DNA from: Rhodocyclaceae bacterium
Lineage (GTDB): Bacteria; Pseudomonadota; Gammaproteobacteria; Burkholderiales; Rhodocyclaceae
Reading direction: 5' to 3'
DNA length: 64,000 nt
Assembly (NCBI GenBank): GCA_008933825.1
Contig: WBUF01000008.1
Span: 4,543-68,542, forward strand
Numbering within the stretch: position 1 is the first letter of the stretch; the number at the start of each line of letters is the position of its first letter. The notes beneath the pieces were generated by a model, which was not told the origin of the DNA, did no database searches, and saw only the letters and a list, made by a program, of their open reading frames with translations. Below, piece after piece: positions 1 to 12,909 of the stretch. Position numbers and translations under genes: made by a program.

Positions 1-1
1 G

Positions 2-1012
2 TCGCTGATGCAGGTCATGCGCCTGCTGGCGCCGAACCTGTGGGGCTGGCTGGCCGACGGCCTGGGGGCGAAGACGCCCATCGTGCGCGGCGTGGCACTG
101 ATGAGCCTGGCCGCATTTTCCATTTTTTTTCACGCGAAAAGCTTCGTCGGTTTCTTTCTCGGCATGGCCTTGCTGGCCTTCTTCTGGAGCGCTTCGCTGC
201 CGCTGGTCGAGGCGCTGACCTTCACTCACCTGGGCACCCAGGCCAACCGCTACGGGACGATCCGCCTGTGGGGCTCGGTCGGTTTCATCGGCGCCGTGCT
301 GGGCCTCGGCTGGCTGCTCGAACGGCTGCCGCTCGCGGCGATTCTATGGGTGTCCTTTGCGATTCTCGGCGGCATTCTGGCCTGTGCCATGGCATTGCCG
401 GAAAAGCGGGAAGGGCTCCATGAAACCGACCGGCAGCCGATTGGCGACATCCTGCGCCGGCGCGAAGTGAAGGCCCTGTTCGCTGCCTGTTTCTTCATGT
501 CGGCGGCGCACGGCGCGCTGTATGTGTTCTACTCGATCCACCTGGTCAGCCGCGGCTACGGCACGGCACTGGTCGGCTTCATGTGGACGATCGGCGTGGT
601 GGCGGAAATCCTCGTCTTCCTTTGCCTGCCGCGGCTGCTCCACCGGTTCACGCTGCGGACCATTCTGCTGTTCAGCTTTGCCTGCGCAGTGGCGCGCTTT
701 CTCATGATCGGCTGGGGCGTCGAGTGGCTGGCGGTGCTGCTGCTGGCCCAGTTACTGCATGCGGCGACGTTCGGCGCCTATCACGCCTCGGCCGTGGCGG
801 CGGTCAATCGCTGGTTTGCCGGCCGCCATCAGGCGCGTGGCCAGGCCCTCTACGGCAGCCTGACCTTCGGCGCCGGCGGCATGCTCGGCGGGCTGTTGAG
901 CGGCTGGTCGTGGGACGCCGTCGGCGCTGGACTGACTTTTACCATGAGCGCCGCCTTTGCCCTGGCCGGCATGGCCATCCTGTGGCGCGGCTGGCCCTTC
1001 GGCCGTCAGTGA
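2..1012 (+). CDS. MFS transporter (HcaT/MFS_1-like), probably 5'-truncated by window start
   Basis: Multi-TM hydrophobic ORF with GWLAD and YGTIRLWGSVGF motifs. The frame is open to the window edge upstream of ATG 8. Confidence 0.85.
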   Translation, partial: SLMQVMRLLAPNLWGWLADGLGAKTPIVRGVALMSLAAFSIFFHAKSFVGFFLGMALLAFFWSASLPLVEALTFTHLGTQANRYGTIRLWGSVGFIGAVLGLGWLLERLPLAAILWVSFAILGGILACAMALPEKREGLHETDRQPIGDILRRREVKALFAACFFMSAAHGALYVFYSIHLVSRGYGTALVGFMWTIGVVAEILVFLCLPRLLHRFTLRTILLFSFACAVARFLMIGWGVEWLAVLLLAQLLHAATFGAYHASAVAAVNRWFAGRHQARGQALYGSLTFGAGGMLGGLLSGWSWDAVGAGLTFTMSAAFALAGMAILWRGWPFGRQ

Positions 1013-1189
1013 TGTTTGCGGCGAAGTATCGCTGGCCTCTCAGGATGGATGGCGCCTGCAAGGACTGTTGCGGTGCCGCATGCCGGCTCAATTCCGATAT
1101 AATTCAAGCGCTTTTCAGGCAACCGACGGGGCCGAGGGTAAAGGCAGTCAACCCGGCCGGAAGCCGCTATTTTTTGCGAGGAGGCGAGC

Positions 1190-1315
1190 ATGAAGCGACT
1201 GAATCTGATCCTGGCCCTGGCAGTCCTGCTCGGCGTTGCGGCCTGCAATACGGTGCAGGGCGTCGGCAAGGATATCCAGGCGGGAGGCAAGGCCGTGGAG
1301 AAAGTGGGCAAATAA
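1190..1315 (+). CDS. Entericidin EcnA/B family small lipoprotein (41 aa, not in ORF track)
   Basis: Translation [41 protein letters not shown]. It has a lipobox VAAC, the entericidin CNTxxGxGKDI motif, and RBS GAGGAGG upstream. Confidence 0.9.
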   Translation: MKRLNLILALAVLLGVAACNTVQGVGKDIQAGGKAVEKVGK

Positions 1316-1321
1316 TCGGCA

Positions 1322-1351
1322 CGAACCCGGGGTACGACACCGCCGGGTTCG
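1322..1351. repeat. GC-rich hairpin between entericidin and leuB
   Basis: Inverted repeat cgaacccgg ... ccgggttcg followed by ggcggtttt. Confidence 0.5.
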
Positions 1352-1379
1352 GGCGGTTTTCGCAACAGAAAGGAATCGA

Positions 1380-2453
1380 ATGAAGGTCTGTGTATTGCCG
1401 GGCGATGGCATCGGCCCCGAGATCGTCGGCCAGGCCGTGCGCGTGATCGAGGCGCTGCGCCGGGACGGCATCAAGCTGGAAATGGAAACGGCACTGCTGG
1501 GCGGCTGCGCCGTGGATGCGGCGGGCGAGCCCTATCCCGAGGCGACCCGCAAGCTGGCGCGCGCCGCCGATGCGGTGCTCCTCGGCGCCGTCGGCGGGCC
1601 GCAGTACGACACGCTGCCGCGCGAGCAGCGCCCTGAGCGCGGCCTGCTCGGCATCCGCAAGGATCTGGGCCTGTTCGCCAACCTGCGCCCGGCGGTGCTC
1701 TATCCCGAGCTCGCCAATGCTTCCAGCCTCAAGCCCGAGGTGGTGGCGGGGCTGGACATCCTCATCGTGCGCGAACTGACCGGCGACATCTATTTCGGCG
1801 AGCCGCGCGGCATCGAGATGCGCAACGGCGCAAACGGGAAAGAGCGGGTCGGCATCAACACCATGATCTATTCGGAGTCGGAGATCCGCCGCATCGCCCG
1901 CGTCGCCTTCGAGGCGGCGAGGAAGCGCAACCGCAGGCTCTGCTCGGTGGACAAGATGAACGTGCTGGAGTGCACCCAGCTGTGGCGCGACGTGGTGACC
2001 GACGAGGCGAAGCACTATCCCGACGTCGAACTGTCGCACATGCTGGTCGACAACGCCGCCATGCAGCTGGTGAGGAACCCCAAGCAGTTCGACGTCATGG
2101 TGACCGGCAACATGTTCGGCGACATCCTTTCCGACGAGGCCTCGATGCTGACCGGCTCCATCGGCATGCTGCCGTCCGCATCGCTCGACGAGAAGGGCAA
2201 GGGCCTCTACGAGCCGATCCACGGTTCGGCGCCGGACATCGCAGGCAAGGGGGTGGCGAATCCGCTGGCGACGATCCTGTCGGCGGCGATGATGCTGCGC
2301 TATACCTTCGGCCTGGAGGCGGCCGCCGCGCGCATCGAGGGCGCTGTCAAGAAAGTGCTGGCGCAGGGCCTGCGCACCGGCGACATCTTCGAGCCGGGCA
2401 CGCAGAAGGTCGGCACGAGGGAAATGGGCGACGCGGTGATCGCTGCGCTGTAA
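1380..2453 (+). CDS. leuB: 3-isopropylmalate dehydrogenase
   Basis: [22 protein letters not shown] and [12 protein letters not shown] motifs. ATG 1380 follows AAGGAA. Confidence 0.97.
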   Translation: MKVCVLPGDGIGPEIVGQAVRVIEALRRDGIKLEMETALLGGCAVDAAGEPYPEATRKLARAADAVLLGAVGGPQYDTLPREQRPERGLLGIRKDLGLFANLRPAVLYPELANASSLKPEVVAGLDILIVRELTGDIYFGEPRGIEMRNGANGKERVGINTMIYSESEIRRIARVAFEAARKRNRRLCSVDKMNVLECTQLWRDVVTDEAKHYPDVELSHMLVDNAAMQLVRNPKQFDVMVTGNMFGDILSDEASMLTGSIGMLPSASLDEKGKGLYEPIHGSAPDIAGKGVANPLATILSAAMMLRYTFGLEAAAARIEGAVKKVLAQGLRTGDIFEPGTQKVGTREMGDAVIAAL

Positions 2454-2477
2454 GCGAAGACGAAACGGGATATCGAG

Positions 2478-3587
2478 ATGAAACGAGTGGGTCTGGTGGG
2501 ATGGCGCGGCATGGTCGGCTCCGTGCTGATGCAGCGCATGCGCGAGGAGGGCGATTTCGCCCTGATCGAGCCGGTGTTCTTCACCACTTCGAACGTCGGC
2601 GGCAAGGGACCGGCCGAGGCCGGCGGTGCGCCGCTCGGCGACGCGAAGGACGTCGACGCCCTGAGGGCGATGGATGTCCTCATTTCCTGCCAGGGCGGCG
2701 ACTACACGGGCGAGGTGTTCCCGAAGCTACGCGCCGCGGGCTGGAACGGCCACTGGATCGACGCAGCCTCCTCGCTGCGCATGAAGGACGACGCGGTGAT
2801 CATTCTCGATCCGGTCAATCTCGACGTGATCGAGCATGCCTTGGCGCGCGGCGGCCGCAACTGGATCGGCGGCAACTGCACCGTCAGCCTGATGCTGATG
2901 GCGCTCGGCGAGTTATACCGGCGCGACCTGGTCGAGTGGATGAGCGCCATGACCTACCAGGCGGCCTCCGGCGCCGGGGCGCAGAACATGCGCGAGTTGC
3001 TCACCCAGATGGGCGAGGTGCACCGCGTGGCGAAAAACCTGCTCGACGATCCCGCCTCGGCGATCCTCGACATCGACCGCGAAGTGGCCGGCATCCTGCG
3101 CGACGACAGGTTTCCCACGGCAAGCTTCGGCGTACCGCTGGCCGGTTCGCTCATTCCCTGGATCGACAAGGAACTCGACAATGGCCAAAGCCGCGAAGAA
3201 TGGAAGGGGCAGGCCGAGACCAACAAGATTCTCGGCCGGGAAAATCGCCCGGTGCCGGTCGACGGCATCTGCGTGCGCGTCGGCGCCATGCGCTGCCACA
3301 GCCAGGCGCTCACCATCAAGTTGAAGCGCGACGTGCCGCTCGACGAGGTCGAGGGCATGCTTGCCGCTGCCAACGCCTGGGTGAAAGTGGTGCCGAACCG
3401 TCGCGACAGCACCCTCCGAGAGTTGACGCCGACAGCGGTCACCGGCACCCTGTCGGTTCCGGTGGGGCGCCTGCGCAAGCTCAACATGGGTTCGCACTAC
3501 CTGGGCGCCTTCACCTGCGGCGATCAACTGCTGTGGGGTGCCGCCGAACCGCTGCGTCGCATGCTGCGGATTCTGCTCGAGGCGTAA
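2478..3587 (+). CDS. asd: Aspartate-semialdehyde dehydrogenase
   Basis: [19 protein letters not shown] and [11 protein letters not shown] motifs. Confidence 0.97.
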   Translation: MKRVGLVGWRGMVGSVLMQRMREEGDFALIEPVFFTTSNVGGKGPAEAGGAPLGDAKDVDALRAMDVLISCQGGDYTGEVFPKLRAAGWNGHWIDAASSLRMKDDAVIILDPVNLDVIEHALARGGRNWIGGNCTVSLMLMALGELYRRDLVEWMSAMTYQAASGAGAQNMRELLTQMGEVHRVAKNLLDDPASAILDIDREVAGILRDDRFPTASFGVPLAGSLIPWIDKELDNGQSREEWKGQAETNKILGRENRPVPVDGICVRVGAMRCHSQALTIKLKRDVPLDEVEGMLAAANAWVKVVPNRRDSTLRELTPTAVTGTLSVPVGRLRKLNMGSHYLGAFTCGDQLLWGAAEPLRRMLRILLEA

Positions 3588-3803
3588 GACGCGCGTTGGG
3601 CGCCGGCCTCGCCCACTGGCCTTATTCTTGATGCTTTTAAAATAACATCAAAGAGATGGCGCGGGATTGCGACCCCGCCTTGCCGCAAAAAACGGTTGAT
3701 TTTCGGCCGGATTCGGCCAGAATGTAATGAGAAAGTTTAGCTTGCATAGCTAAGCTCATGATGTTATGTTAATATTCCGGAAACTCTCCGCGAGGGGGAC
3801 GCG

Positions 3804-6677
3804 GTGCAAAAAAAATCCATAGCACTTTCAATCAAAGCCAAGGCATTTGCACTGGCACTGGCCGCAGCGCTGCCGATCGGCGCGAACGCGGCCGGGTTGG
3901 GACAAATCACCGTGCTGTCGGCACTCGGCCAGCCCCTGCGTGCGGAGATCGAGTTGACCGCTTCGCGCGAAGAGCTTGCTTCCCTCTCGGCGCGCCTGGC
4001 ATCCCATGATGCGTTCAAGCAGGCCGGCATCGAATTTGTGCCGGCGCTGGCCGGCATCAAGATGGTGATCGACAAGCGCTCCAAGGGGCAGCCGGTTATC
4101 CGGCTGACCACGGACCGTTCTGTCGGCGAACCCTTCCTCGACTTGCTGGTGGAATTGAACTGGAGTTCCGGCCGTCTGGTGCGCGAGTACACCTTCCTGC
4201 TGGATCCGGCGCCGGAAGTGCTGGCCCGCAAGCCGGTCGCCGCCCCGGTGGCCAAGGACGCGGCGGCCCCTGTCGCCCAGCCGGCGCCCGTCGAGGCGCC
4301 CCGGCAGCCCGAAGTGCGTGCGGCCGAAGACAAGAAACCCTCGGCAGCCGGGACAGAAGAAACGAAGCCGGCCGGCGAAACACAGGGCCGGGAAGTGAAG
4401 AAAGGCGACTATCTGCGCAAGATCGCGGCCGAGACGAAATACGATGGCGTCAGCCTGGATCAGATGCTGGTGGCGATCTTCCGCAGCAACAAGGGTGCCT
4501 TCGCGGAAAACAACATGCACCGCCTGAAGGCCGGGAAGATACTCCGTATTCCCGATCGCGAGACCGCGGCCGCGGTGGATGGATCCGAAGCGAGAAAGAT
4601 CATCAAGGCGCACACCGCCGACTTCAATGCCTATCGTCAGAAGCTGGCCGCCGCTGCCGCAGGGGCAGATGCGCCGAAAGAGGAAGCCGGCAAGCAGCTT
4701 GCTGCCGGCAAGATCGGGGCGAAGGTCGAAGACAAGGCGCCGGCGCCGCCCGAGTCCAAGGACCAGTTGAAGGTATCCAAGACGGAAGCCGCTCAGGACG
4801 CGCGCGCGGCACAGGGCAAGATTGCGGCGCTGGAGGAGGATCTGGTCGCCAGGGAAAAGGCGCTCAAGGAAGCGCAGTCTCGCCAGGTTGAACTGGAGAA
4901 GAACGTCAAGGATTTGCAGAAGCTCGTCGAGATGAAGAACCAGAATCTCGCCGAACTGCAGAAACAGGCGCAGATCGCTGCCGCGAAACCGGCTCCCGCA
5001 CCGACGGTTTCCGCCGCACCCGCCTTGCCGGCGGCCAAGGCGCCGGAGCCCGCGCCTGTTGCGTCGGCTCCTGCGCCACAGCCGGCCGAACCCGCCAAGC
5101 CCGCCGAAGCGCCCAAGGCGGCCGAAGCGTTGCCGCCGTCCAAGCCTGCGGAAGCTGAGAAATCCACGCCAGCGGAGGCGGTCAGGCCGGAGCCCGCCAA
5201 GCCTGCAGAAGCACCCAAACCGGCCGAGGCGCCGAAGCCGGCACCAAAGAAGGCGCCACCGCCCCCACCGCCGCCCCCCGAGCCGGACTTCATCGAAGAG
5301 TTGATGGGCAATCCGGCCATCCTCGGCGGCGGAGTGCTGGTACTGGGTCTGCTGGGCCTCGTGGCCTATCGCCAGCGGCAGAGGAAGAAATTGGCAGAGG
5401 GCGGCGAGGGCACGCCAACGACGACGACGGCCAATCTGACCGCCAACTCGGTCTTCGGCGCCACGGGCGGACAGAGCGTCGATACCACCGGCAGTTCGAT
5501 GGCGACGGATTTCAGCCAGGCATCGATCAGCGCCATCGACGCCGACGAGGGCGTCGATCCGGTGGCCGAGGCCGATGTGTACATGGCCTACGGACGCGAC
5601 GCGCAGGCCGAGGAGATACTGCTCGATGCGCTGAAGTCGGATCCGGCCCGCACGGCAATACATGTCAAGCTGCTGGAAATCTATGCCGGACGGAAGAACC
5701 TCAAGCAATTCGAAACCCTCGCCAGCGATCTTTATGCCCAGACGAGCGGTATCGGCGGCGACTGGGAAAAGGCCGCCGCGATGGGCGTCAAGCTTGACCC
5801 GGCCAACCCCCTGTTTGGCGGCACGGCCGCGGGCAAGGAGTCCGTCAATACCGACACGACGATCATCGTGCCTGCATCGGGCGAGAAGCAGATGCGCGAT
5901 ACGTGGACGATGCCCGGCGAGCTGAGCCAGATTTCCGAAGCGGTGGAAAAGGGCGGCGCGGCCACGGTGATCCTGGAAAAGCCCGTCGAGGCCGTCGCCG
6001 ACGGGGCAGCCGAAGCGGCGCCCGCACTCGACTTCGATCTCGACCTTGGTGCGCCGGCCGCGCCAGCGGCGCCAGCCGCACCTGCTCTTGCCGCCGAGCC
6101 AGCGCCAGCCGCCGCAGAATCGGCCGGGCTGGATTTCGATCTCGGGCTGGATTTCAAGCCAGCGGAGAGCAAGCAGGCGCCATACAATCCCGAGGCGACC
6201 ATGGTGATGGACGTCGGCAAGGCGTCGCCGCCTGCCGCCGATCTGGCGCTGGACATCAAGCTCGATGAACCGGCAGTCTCGCCGGCCGAGGAGGGCCTGC
6301 GCTTCGATCTTGACCTGGGTGCGCCGGCGGCGCCCGCCGCTCCGGCTCAGGAAGTGGTCGACCTCGAAAAGACGATTGCCGGTGGCAATGCTCTCGATTT
6401 CGATTTCAACATCGGCGCTCCCACCGCACTACCCCAGCCGGCGCCGAAGGCCGAGCCCGCACTGGATCTGGGCGCGATCAGCCTGGATCTCGGTGAGCCG
6501 CCCAAGGCCGCCGAGACGCCGGCCGGCGACGAAGCGGCAACCAAGCTCGAGCTGGCCAAGGCATACGAGGAAATGGGCGACAAGGAAGGCGCGCGCGAAC
6601 TGCTGGCGGAAGTTGCCAAGGAAGGCAACGCAGAGCAGCAGGCCAGGGCGCGTGACATGCTCGCCAAGCTGGGCTGA
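3804..6677 (+). CDS. fimV: FimV/HubP polar landmark protein
   Basis: Signal peptide, [19 protein letters not shown]-domain, LysM-like segment, coiled coil, TM helix, [14 protein letters not shown] and C-terminal [23 protein letters not shown]. Located between asd and truA. Confidence 0.93.
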   Translation: MQKKSIALSIKAKAFALALAAALPIGANAAGLGQITVLSALGQPLRAEIELTASREELASLSARLASHDAFKQAGIEFVPALAGIKMVIDKRSKGQPVIRLTTDRSVGEPFLDLLVELNWSSGRLVREYTFLLDPAPEVLARKPVAAPVAKDAAAPVAQPAPVEAPRQPEVRAAEDKKPSAAGTEETKPAGETQGREVKKGDYLRKIAAETKYDGVSLDQMLVAIFRSNKGAFAENNMHRLKAGKILRIPDRETAAAVDGSEARKIIKAHTADFNAYRQKLAAAAAGADAPKEEAGKQLAAGKIGAKVEDKAPAPPESKDQLKVSKTEAAQDARAAQGKIAALEEDLVAREKALKEAQSRQVELEKNVKDLQKLVEMKNQNLAELQKQAQIAAAKPAPAPTVSAAPALPAAKAPEPAPVASAPAPQPAEPAKPAEAPKAAEALPPSKPAEAEKSTPAEAVRPEPAKPAEAPKPAEAPKPAPKKAPPPPPPPPEPDFIEELMGNPAILGGGVLVLGLLGLVAYRQRQRKKLAEGGEGTPTTTTANLTANSVFGATGGQSVDTTGSSMATDFSQASISAIDADEGVDPVAEADVYMAYGRDAQAEEILLDALKSDPARTAIHVKLLEIYAGRKNLKQFETLASDLYAQTSGIGGDWEKAAAMGVKLDPANPLFGGTAAGKESVNTDTTIIVPASGEKQMRDTWTMPGELSQISEAVEKGGAATVILEKPVEAVADGAAEAAPALDFDLDLGAPAAPAAPAAPALAAEPAPAAAESAGLDFDLGLDFKPAESKQAPYNPEATMVMDVGKASPPAADLALDIKLDEPAVSPAEEGLRFDLDLGAPAAPAAPAQEVVDLEKTIAGGNALDFDFNIGAPTALPQPAPKAEPALDLGAISLDLGEPPKAAETPAGDEAATKLELAKAYEEMGDKEGARELLAEVAKEGNAEQQARARDMLAKLG

Positions 6678-6684
6678 ATCGTCT

Positions 6685-6724
6685 GACGGAGGGCGTTGCG
6701 CCCTCCGTCGTTCCTTTTTCTTTC
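6685..6724 (+). terminator. Intrinsic terminator after fimV
   Basis: 11-bp stem gacggagggcg/cgccctccgtc followed by a T-rich tail. Confidence 0.7.
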
Positions 6725-6727
6725 ACG

Positions 6728-7336
6728 ATGCTGCACCCCACCGTTCGCCTCATCGTCTGGAGCGCGTTGGCGGTGCTGGTGCAATGGCTGCCCTTGGGAG
6801 CGCTGTCGCTGATTTGCGTTGCGGCCCTCGCCGCTGCGGTCTGGCTGGCGCCCGCGCGGCTGGCCCAATTGCTCAAGCGGACCCGCTGGCTGATGCTGGC
6901 GCTGATGCTGATCTTCGCCCTGGCCACGCCTGGCATGTACCTTCTGCCGGCGCTCGGCGGCATCAGCCCTACCGAAGAAGGCATGTGGCTCGGTTTCGAG
7001 CATCTGCTGCGGCTGCTCTTCGTCCTGTCGAGCCTTGCCGCGCTGCTGCATCTCACCGGGCCGGAAGGGCTCGTGGCCGGGCTGCACGGCCTGATCTGGC
7101 CGCTCTCCTGGGCGGGCCTGGACCGCCGGCGCATGGCGCTGCGGCTGATGCTGGTCTTGCATTATGCCGAGCAGGCGCCCCCCGGCCGGCATTGGCGGGA
7201 GTGGCTGCAGGGCGCGGCCGAGTCTGGCGAGCCGCGGCGCTTTGTCCTTCAGGTGGCGCCCCTGCATGCCATCGATTTCGCCGTCCTGGCGGGACTGACT
7301 TTTTCCGCCGCAGCCCTCATCGGCAGCCAATCGTGA
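6728..7336 (+). CDS. CbiQ/EcfT-like membrane protein (orphan ECF T-component-like)
   Basis: N-terminal LHPTVRL, several TM helices, and [15 protein letters not shown]...T.PE.LVAGL pattern typical of EcfT-like proteins. GTGA overlap with truA. Confidence 0.65.
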   Translation: MLHPTVRLIVWSALAVLVQWLPLGALSLICVAALAAAVWLAPARLAQLLKRTRWLMLALMLIFALATPGMYLLPALGGISPTEEGMWLGFEHLLRLLFVLSSLAALLHLTGPEGLVAGLHGLIWPLSWAGLDRRRMALRLMLVLHYAEQAPPGRHWREWLQGAAESGEPRRFVLQVAPLHAIDFAVLAGLTFSAAALIGSQS

Positions 7337-8127
7337 GGATTGCGCTCGGCCTCGAATACGATGGCGCCCCCTTCTCAGGCTGGCAGACGCAGCCGCAGGG
7401 CAAAACCGTGCAGGATGCGCTGGAGCGCGCCTTGGCCGAGGTTGCCGGCGCACCGGTGCGCACGGCCTGCGCCGGCCGCACGGACGCCGGCGTGCACGCG
7501 GTGGCGCAGGTGGCGCACTTCGATGCGCCGGCGCTTCGTCCAGAGAACGCCTGGGTGCGTGGCGTCAACGCGCATCTTCCGGACAGCATCGCGGTGCGCT
7601 GGGCGCGCGAGGTGCCGGACGATTTTCATGCGCGTTACTCGGCGCGCTCGCGCAGCTATCGCTACGTGCTGTACAACCATACCGTGCGCCCCGCCCTGCT
7701 CGCCGGCAAGGTCGGCTGGTTCCATCTGCCGCTCGACATCGGGGCCATGCGCGCCGCAGCCGGGCTGCTGGTGGGAGAGCAGGATTTTTCCGCATTCCGC
7801 GCCGCCGAGTGCCAGGCCAAGTCGCCGGTGAAGACGCTGCAGCAGGCCGAGGTGCGGCGGGACGGTGACTGCATCGTCCTCGATTTCCGCGCCAATGCCT
7901 TCCTGCACCACATGGTGCGCAACATGGTCGGCGCGCTGGTGTATGTCGGCAAGGGTGCGCATCCGCCGGAATGGATCGCCGGGCTGATCGCCGCGCGCGA
8001 CCGCAGCCTGGCCGCGCCGACCTTCTCGCCGCATGGCCTGTATCTGTCCGGCGTCGATTACGAGGCGCGCTGGCAGTTGCCCCTGAATGGCCGTATCATC
8101 GCGCCTTTCCTTCCGCTTGTGCCCTGA
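7333..8127 (+). CDS. truA: tRNA pseudouridine(38-40) synthase
   Basis: [25 protein letters not shown] and [11 protein letters not shown] motifs. GTG start. Confidence 0.96.
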   Translation: MRIALGLEYDGAPFSGWQTQPQGKTVQDALERALAEVAGAPVRTACAGRTDAGVHAVAQVAHFDAPALRPENAWVRGVNAHLPDSIAVRWAREVPDDFHARYSARSRSYRYVLYNHTVRPALLAGKVGWFHLPLDIGAMRAAAGLLVGEQDFSAFRAAECQAKSPVKTLQQAEVRRDGDCIVLDFRANAFLHHMVRNMVGALVYVGKGAHPPEWIAGLIAARDRSLAAPTFSPHGLYLSGVDYEARWQLPLNGRIIAPFLPLVP

Positions 8128-8129
8128 TC

Positions 8130-8739
8130 GTGGCCCGTACCCGCATCAAGATCTGCGGCATCACCCGCCCCGAGGATGCCTGCGCCGCAGTTGAGCTGGG
8201 CGCCGACGCGCTCGGCCTGGTCTTCTACGGCCCCAGCCCGCGCTGCGTCACGGTCGAGCAGGCTTGGGAGATCGCGCGCATCGTGCCGCCCTTCGTTACG
8301 CTGGTCGGCCTGTTCGTAAACGAATCCAAGCTCGCCGTGCGCCGCGTCATGGAGGCGGTGCCGATCCAACTGCTGCAGTTCCACGGCGACGAGGAGGAAT
8401 CCTACTGCCGCTCCTTTAATGCGCCCTATGTCAAGGCGGCGCGGGTGAGGTCGGGCCTCGATTTGCTAAAATACGCCCAGTCCCACCCTGCTGCGCAGGG
8501 GCTGCTGCTCGATGCCTTTGTCGAGGGTTACGGTGGCGGCGGCAAGACCTTCGACTGGTCGCTCGTCCCCCCGGGGCTGCCGCTGCCGCTGATCCTCTCC
8601 GGAGGACTCGACGAGAACAACGTTGCCGAAGCGGTGCGCCGCGTGCGGCCCTGGGCGGTGGATGTCAGCAGCGGCGTGGAAGCTGGCAAGGGAATCAAGG
8701 ACGCGGGCCGGATCGCCGCGTTCATCGCAGGAGTGAAGC

Positions 8740-8753
<14 letters not shown>
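8130..8753 (+). CDS. trpF: Phosphoribosylanthranilate isomerase
   Basis: [24 protein letters not shown] and VDVSSGVE motifs. Confidence 0.96.
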
Positions 8754-9938
<1,185 letters not shown>

Positions 9939-9939
<1 letters not shown>

Positions 9940-10760
9940 TGTCGCGCATCAAAGCAACCTTCGACAAGCTCGCCGCGCGGGGACGCAAGGCCCTGATCCC
10001 CTTCATCACCGCCGGCGATCCCGATCCCGGTCTGGCGCTGCCGCTGATGCGTGCACTGGTGGCCGGCGGCGCCGACGTCATCGAACTGGGCGTGCCCTTC
10101 TCCGATCCGATGGCCGACGGGCCGACCATCCAGCGCGCCTCGGAACGCGCGCTCAAGCAAGGCATGTCCCTGCGCCAGGTACTTTCAATCGTGCGCGAAT
10201 TCCGCGCCGGCGATGCCGACACGCCGGTGGTGCTGATGGGCTATGCCAATCCGGTCGAAGCAATGGGAGCGGGGGTCTTTGCCGCCGAGGCGAAACAGGC
10301 CGGCGTGGACGGCGTGCTGGTGGTCGACTATCCGCCCGAGGAGTGCGTCGTCTTCGCAGCGATAATCAAGGCCGCCGGTATCGATCCGATTTTCCTGCTG
10401 GCACCGACTTCCACCGACGAGCGCTGCGGCCAGGTGGCCGAAATCGGCAGCGGCTACATCTATTATGTCTCGCTGAAGGGTGTCACCGGCGCAGGCCATC
10501 TCGACCTCGACGAAGTGGCGCGGCGCATTCCGGCCATTCGCAAGAAGGTCGGCATGCCGGTTGGCGTCGGCTTCGGCATCCGCGATGCCGAGAGCGCGCG
10601 TCGCATCGCCGCCGTGGCCGATGCAGTGGTGATCGGCAGCCGCATCATCGAGGAGATCGAGAAGAGTCCGCGCGAGCAGGCTGCCGCCAATGTCATGGCG
10701 TTCATGCGGGGCATCCGCAGCGCGCTGGACGAGGTGGCCGTTTCCAAGGAGGCGCCATGA
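9939..10760 (+). CDS. trpA: Tryptophan synthase alpha chain
   Basis: [17 protein letters not shown] and VGFGI motifs. TGATG coupling to trpB. Confidence 0.97.
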
Positions 10761-11617
10761 GCTGGCTGCAGAAGCTGCTTCCGCCCAAGATCAAGCGCGC
10801 CGAGGGCGCCAAGAAATCGATTCCCGAGGGCCTCTGGTGCAAGTGCCCGAGTTGCGAGGCCACGCTCTACAGTTCCGACCTCGAAAAGAACCTCAACGTC
10901 TGCCCGAAATGCGGCCACCACCACCGGCTGCGCGCCCGCGCCCGACTCGACCTGCTGCTCGATCCCGAGGGCCGCTTCGAGATCGGCGCCGAAGTGTTGC
11001 CGGTCGATCCGCTCAAGTTCAAGGACAGCAAACGCTATCCGGAACGGCTGAATGCCGCGGCCGACGACACGGAGGAAGGCGACGCGCTGGTAGTGATGCA
11101 GGGCGCGGTAAAGACCCTGCCGCTGGTGGTTGCCGCCTTCGAATTCGACTTCATGGGCGGTTCGATGGGCTCGGTGGTCGGCGAGCGTTTCGTGCGCGGC
11201 GTGCGCGTCGCCGTCGAGCAGCAGATTCCCTTCGTCTGCATCACCGCTACCGGCGGCGCGCGCATGCAGGAAGGGCTGTTTTCCCTCATGCAGATGGCGA
11301 AGACGACGGCGGCGGTGACACAACTGTCGGCCAATCGGCTGCCGTTCATTTCCGTCCTCACCGACCCGACCATGGGCGGCGTGTCGGCCAGCTTCGCTTT
11401 CGTGGCCGACGTGGTGATCGCCGAGCCGGGTGCGCTGATCGGTTTCGCCGGCCCGCGCGTCATAGAGCAAACGGTGCGCGAGAAGCTGCCGGAAGGCTTC
11501 CAGCGGGCCGAGTTCCTGCTGGAAAAGGGCGCCCTCGACATGATCGTCGATCGGCGCGAGATGCGCGACAGGCTGGCCTCGCTGCTGACCCTGCTGCAGA
11601 AAATTCCCGCGGTCTGA
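10757..11617 (+). CDS. accD: Acetyl-CoA carboxylase carboxyltransferase beta subunit
   Basis: Zn-finger CPSC...[16 protein letters not shown] and GGARMQEG motifs. Confidence 0.97.
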   Translation: MSWLQKLLPPKIKRAEGAKKSIPEGLWCKCPSCEATLYSSDLEKNLNVCPKCGHHHRLRARARLDLLLDPEGRFEIGAEVLPVDPLKFKDSKRYPERLNAAADDTEEGDALVVMQGAVKTLPLVVAAFEFDFMGGSMGSVVGERFVRGVRVAVEQQIPFVCITATGGARMQEGLFSLMQMAKTTAAVTQLSANRLPFISVLTDPTMGGVSASFAFVADVVIAEPGALIGFAGPRVIEQTVREKLPEGFQRAEFLLEKGALDMIVDRREMRDRLASLLTLLQKIPAV

Positions 11618-11619
11618 TC

Positions 11620-12909
11620 CTGGCGAACCCTTCCCTTCATGCCTTGCAGGATTGGCTGGCGCACATCGAGCGCCTGCATGCGCAGCCCATAGCGCTCGGC
11701 CTGGAGCGGGTGTGTGCCGTCAAGCGCACGCTTGGCGCGGAGCAAACCGTGCCGGTCATCACGGTCGGCGGCACCAACGGAAAGGGTTCCACCTGCGCCA
11801 TGCTGGAGCGCATCCTGCGCAGCGCCGGATATCGCGTCGGCCTGTACACCTCGCCGCATCTTCTCGATTACAACGAGCGGGTGCGCATCGACGGCCGCCC
11901 GTCCTCCGATGGGGTGTTGTGCGATGCGTTTGCCCGGGTCGATGCGGCGCGCGGCGACTTGCCGCTCACTTATTTCGAGTTTGGCACCCTGGCGGCCTGG
12001 CAGGCCTTCGCCGCGGCCGGCGTCGAGGCGATCGTTCTCGAGGTCGGCCTGGGCGGCCGGCTGGATGCCGTGAACGCCTTCGATGCCGACTGCGCCATCG
12101 TCACCTCGGTCGATCTCGACCACATGGATTATCTCGGCGCCACGAAAGAGGCGATCGGCTTCGAGAAGGCCGGCATTTTCCGCCCCGGCCGGCCTGCCAT
12201 CGTCGGCGATGCGCGGCCGCCGGCAAGCCTGCTGGCGCATGCACAGGCGATCGGCGCCGAGTTGCTGGTGCAGGGCCGCGATTTCGGCCATCTGGCCGGC
12301 GAGGGGCAATGGACTTTCTGGAGCCGCCGCGGCCGCCGCGGCGGACTGGCCCATCCGGCCCTGCGCGGGGCCGTGCAGCTGGCCAATGCCAGCACGGCGC
12401 TCGCCGCGCTGGAGTCGCTCGCCGGACGGCTGCCGGTGTCGATGCAGGACATTCGCCGCGGCCTGATCGAGGTCGAACTGCCCGGGCGCTTCCAGGTGCT
12501 GCCTGGCCGCCCGGCGGTAGTGCTGGATGTTGCACACAATCCCCAGGCGGCCGGCGTGCTGGCCGACAACCTCGGCAGCATGGCTTTCCATCCGGAAACC
12601 TGGGCGGTGTTCGGCATGCTGGCCGACAAGGACATCGCCGGCGTGGTCGAGCGGGTCAGGGGGCGTGTCGACCACTGGCTGGTGAGCGGTTTGCCGGGGC
12701 CCCGCGGCATGAGTGCGGAGGCCATGGCGAGGCGCCTCGAAAAACTGGGCCTGCACATTGCCGGACGCTTCGATGGCCCGGCCGATGCCTATCGCGCGGC
12801 GAAGGAGCGCGCGGGGGAAAATGATAGAATTACCGTCTTCGGTTCCTTCCTCACCGTGTCAGGTGTGCTGCAGGCGATTGGCGATGAGCGAAAACGATGC
12901 CCAACTTGA
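11620..12909 (+). CDS. folC: Bifunctional folylpolyglutamate/dihydrofolate synthase (start uncertain: CTG 11620 or TTG 11644)
   Basis: VGGTNGKGST, YTSPHL, LEVGLGGRLDAVN and LDVAHNP motifs. Confidence 0.95.
   Translation: MANPSLHALQDWLAHIERLHAQPIALGLERVCAVKRTLGAEQTVPVITVGGTNGKGSTCAMLERILRSAGYRVGLYTSPHLLDYNERVRIDGRPSSDGVLCDAFARVDAARGDLPLTYFEFGTLAAWQAFAAAGVEAIVLEVGLGGRLDAVNAFDADCAIVTSVDLDHMDYLGATKEAIGFEKAGIFRPGRPAIVGDARPPASLLAHAQAIGAELLVQGRDFGHLAGEGQWTFWSRRGRRGGLAHPALRGAVQLANASTALAALESLAGRLPVSMQDIRRGLIEVELPGRFQVLPGRPAVVLDVAHNPQAAGVLADNLGSMAFHPETWAVFGMLADKDIAGVVERVRGRVDHWLVSGLPGPRGMSAEAMARRLEKLGLHIAGRFDGPADAYRAAKERAGENDRITVFGSFLTVSGVLQAIGDERKRCPT

Noticed and set aside
4980-6460. PA/PAE/APK-rich repeats and the duplicated [15 protein letters not shown] segment in fimV
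   Set aside because: Normal low-complexity linker of FimV proteins, not a CRISPR array or mobile repeat.
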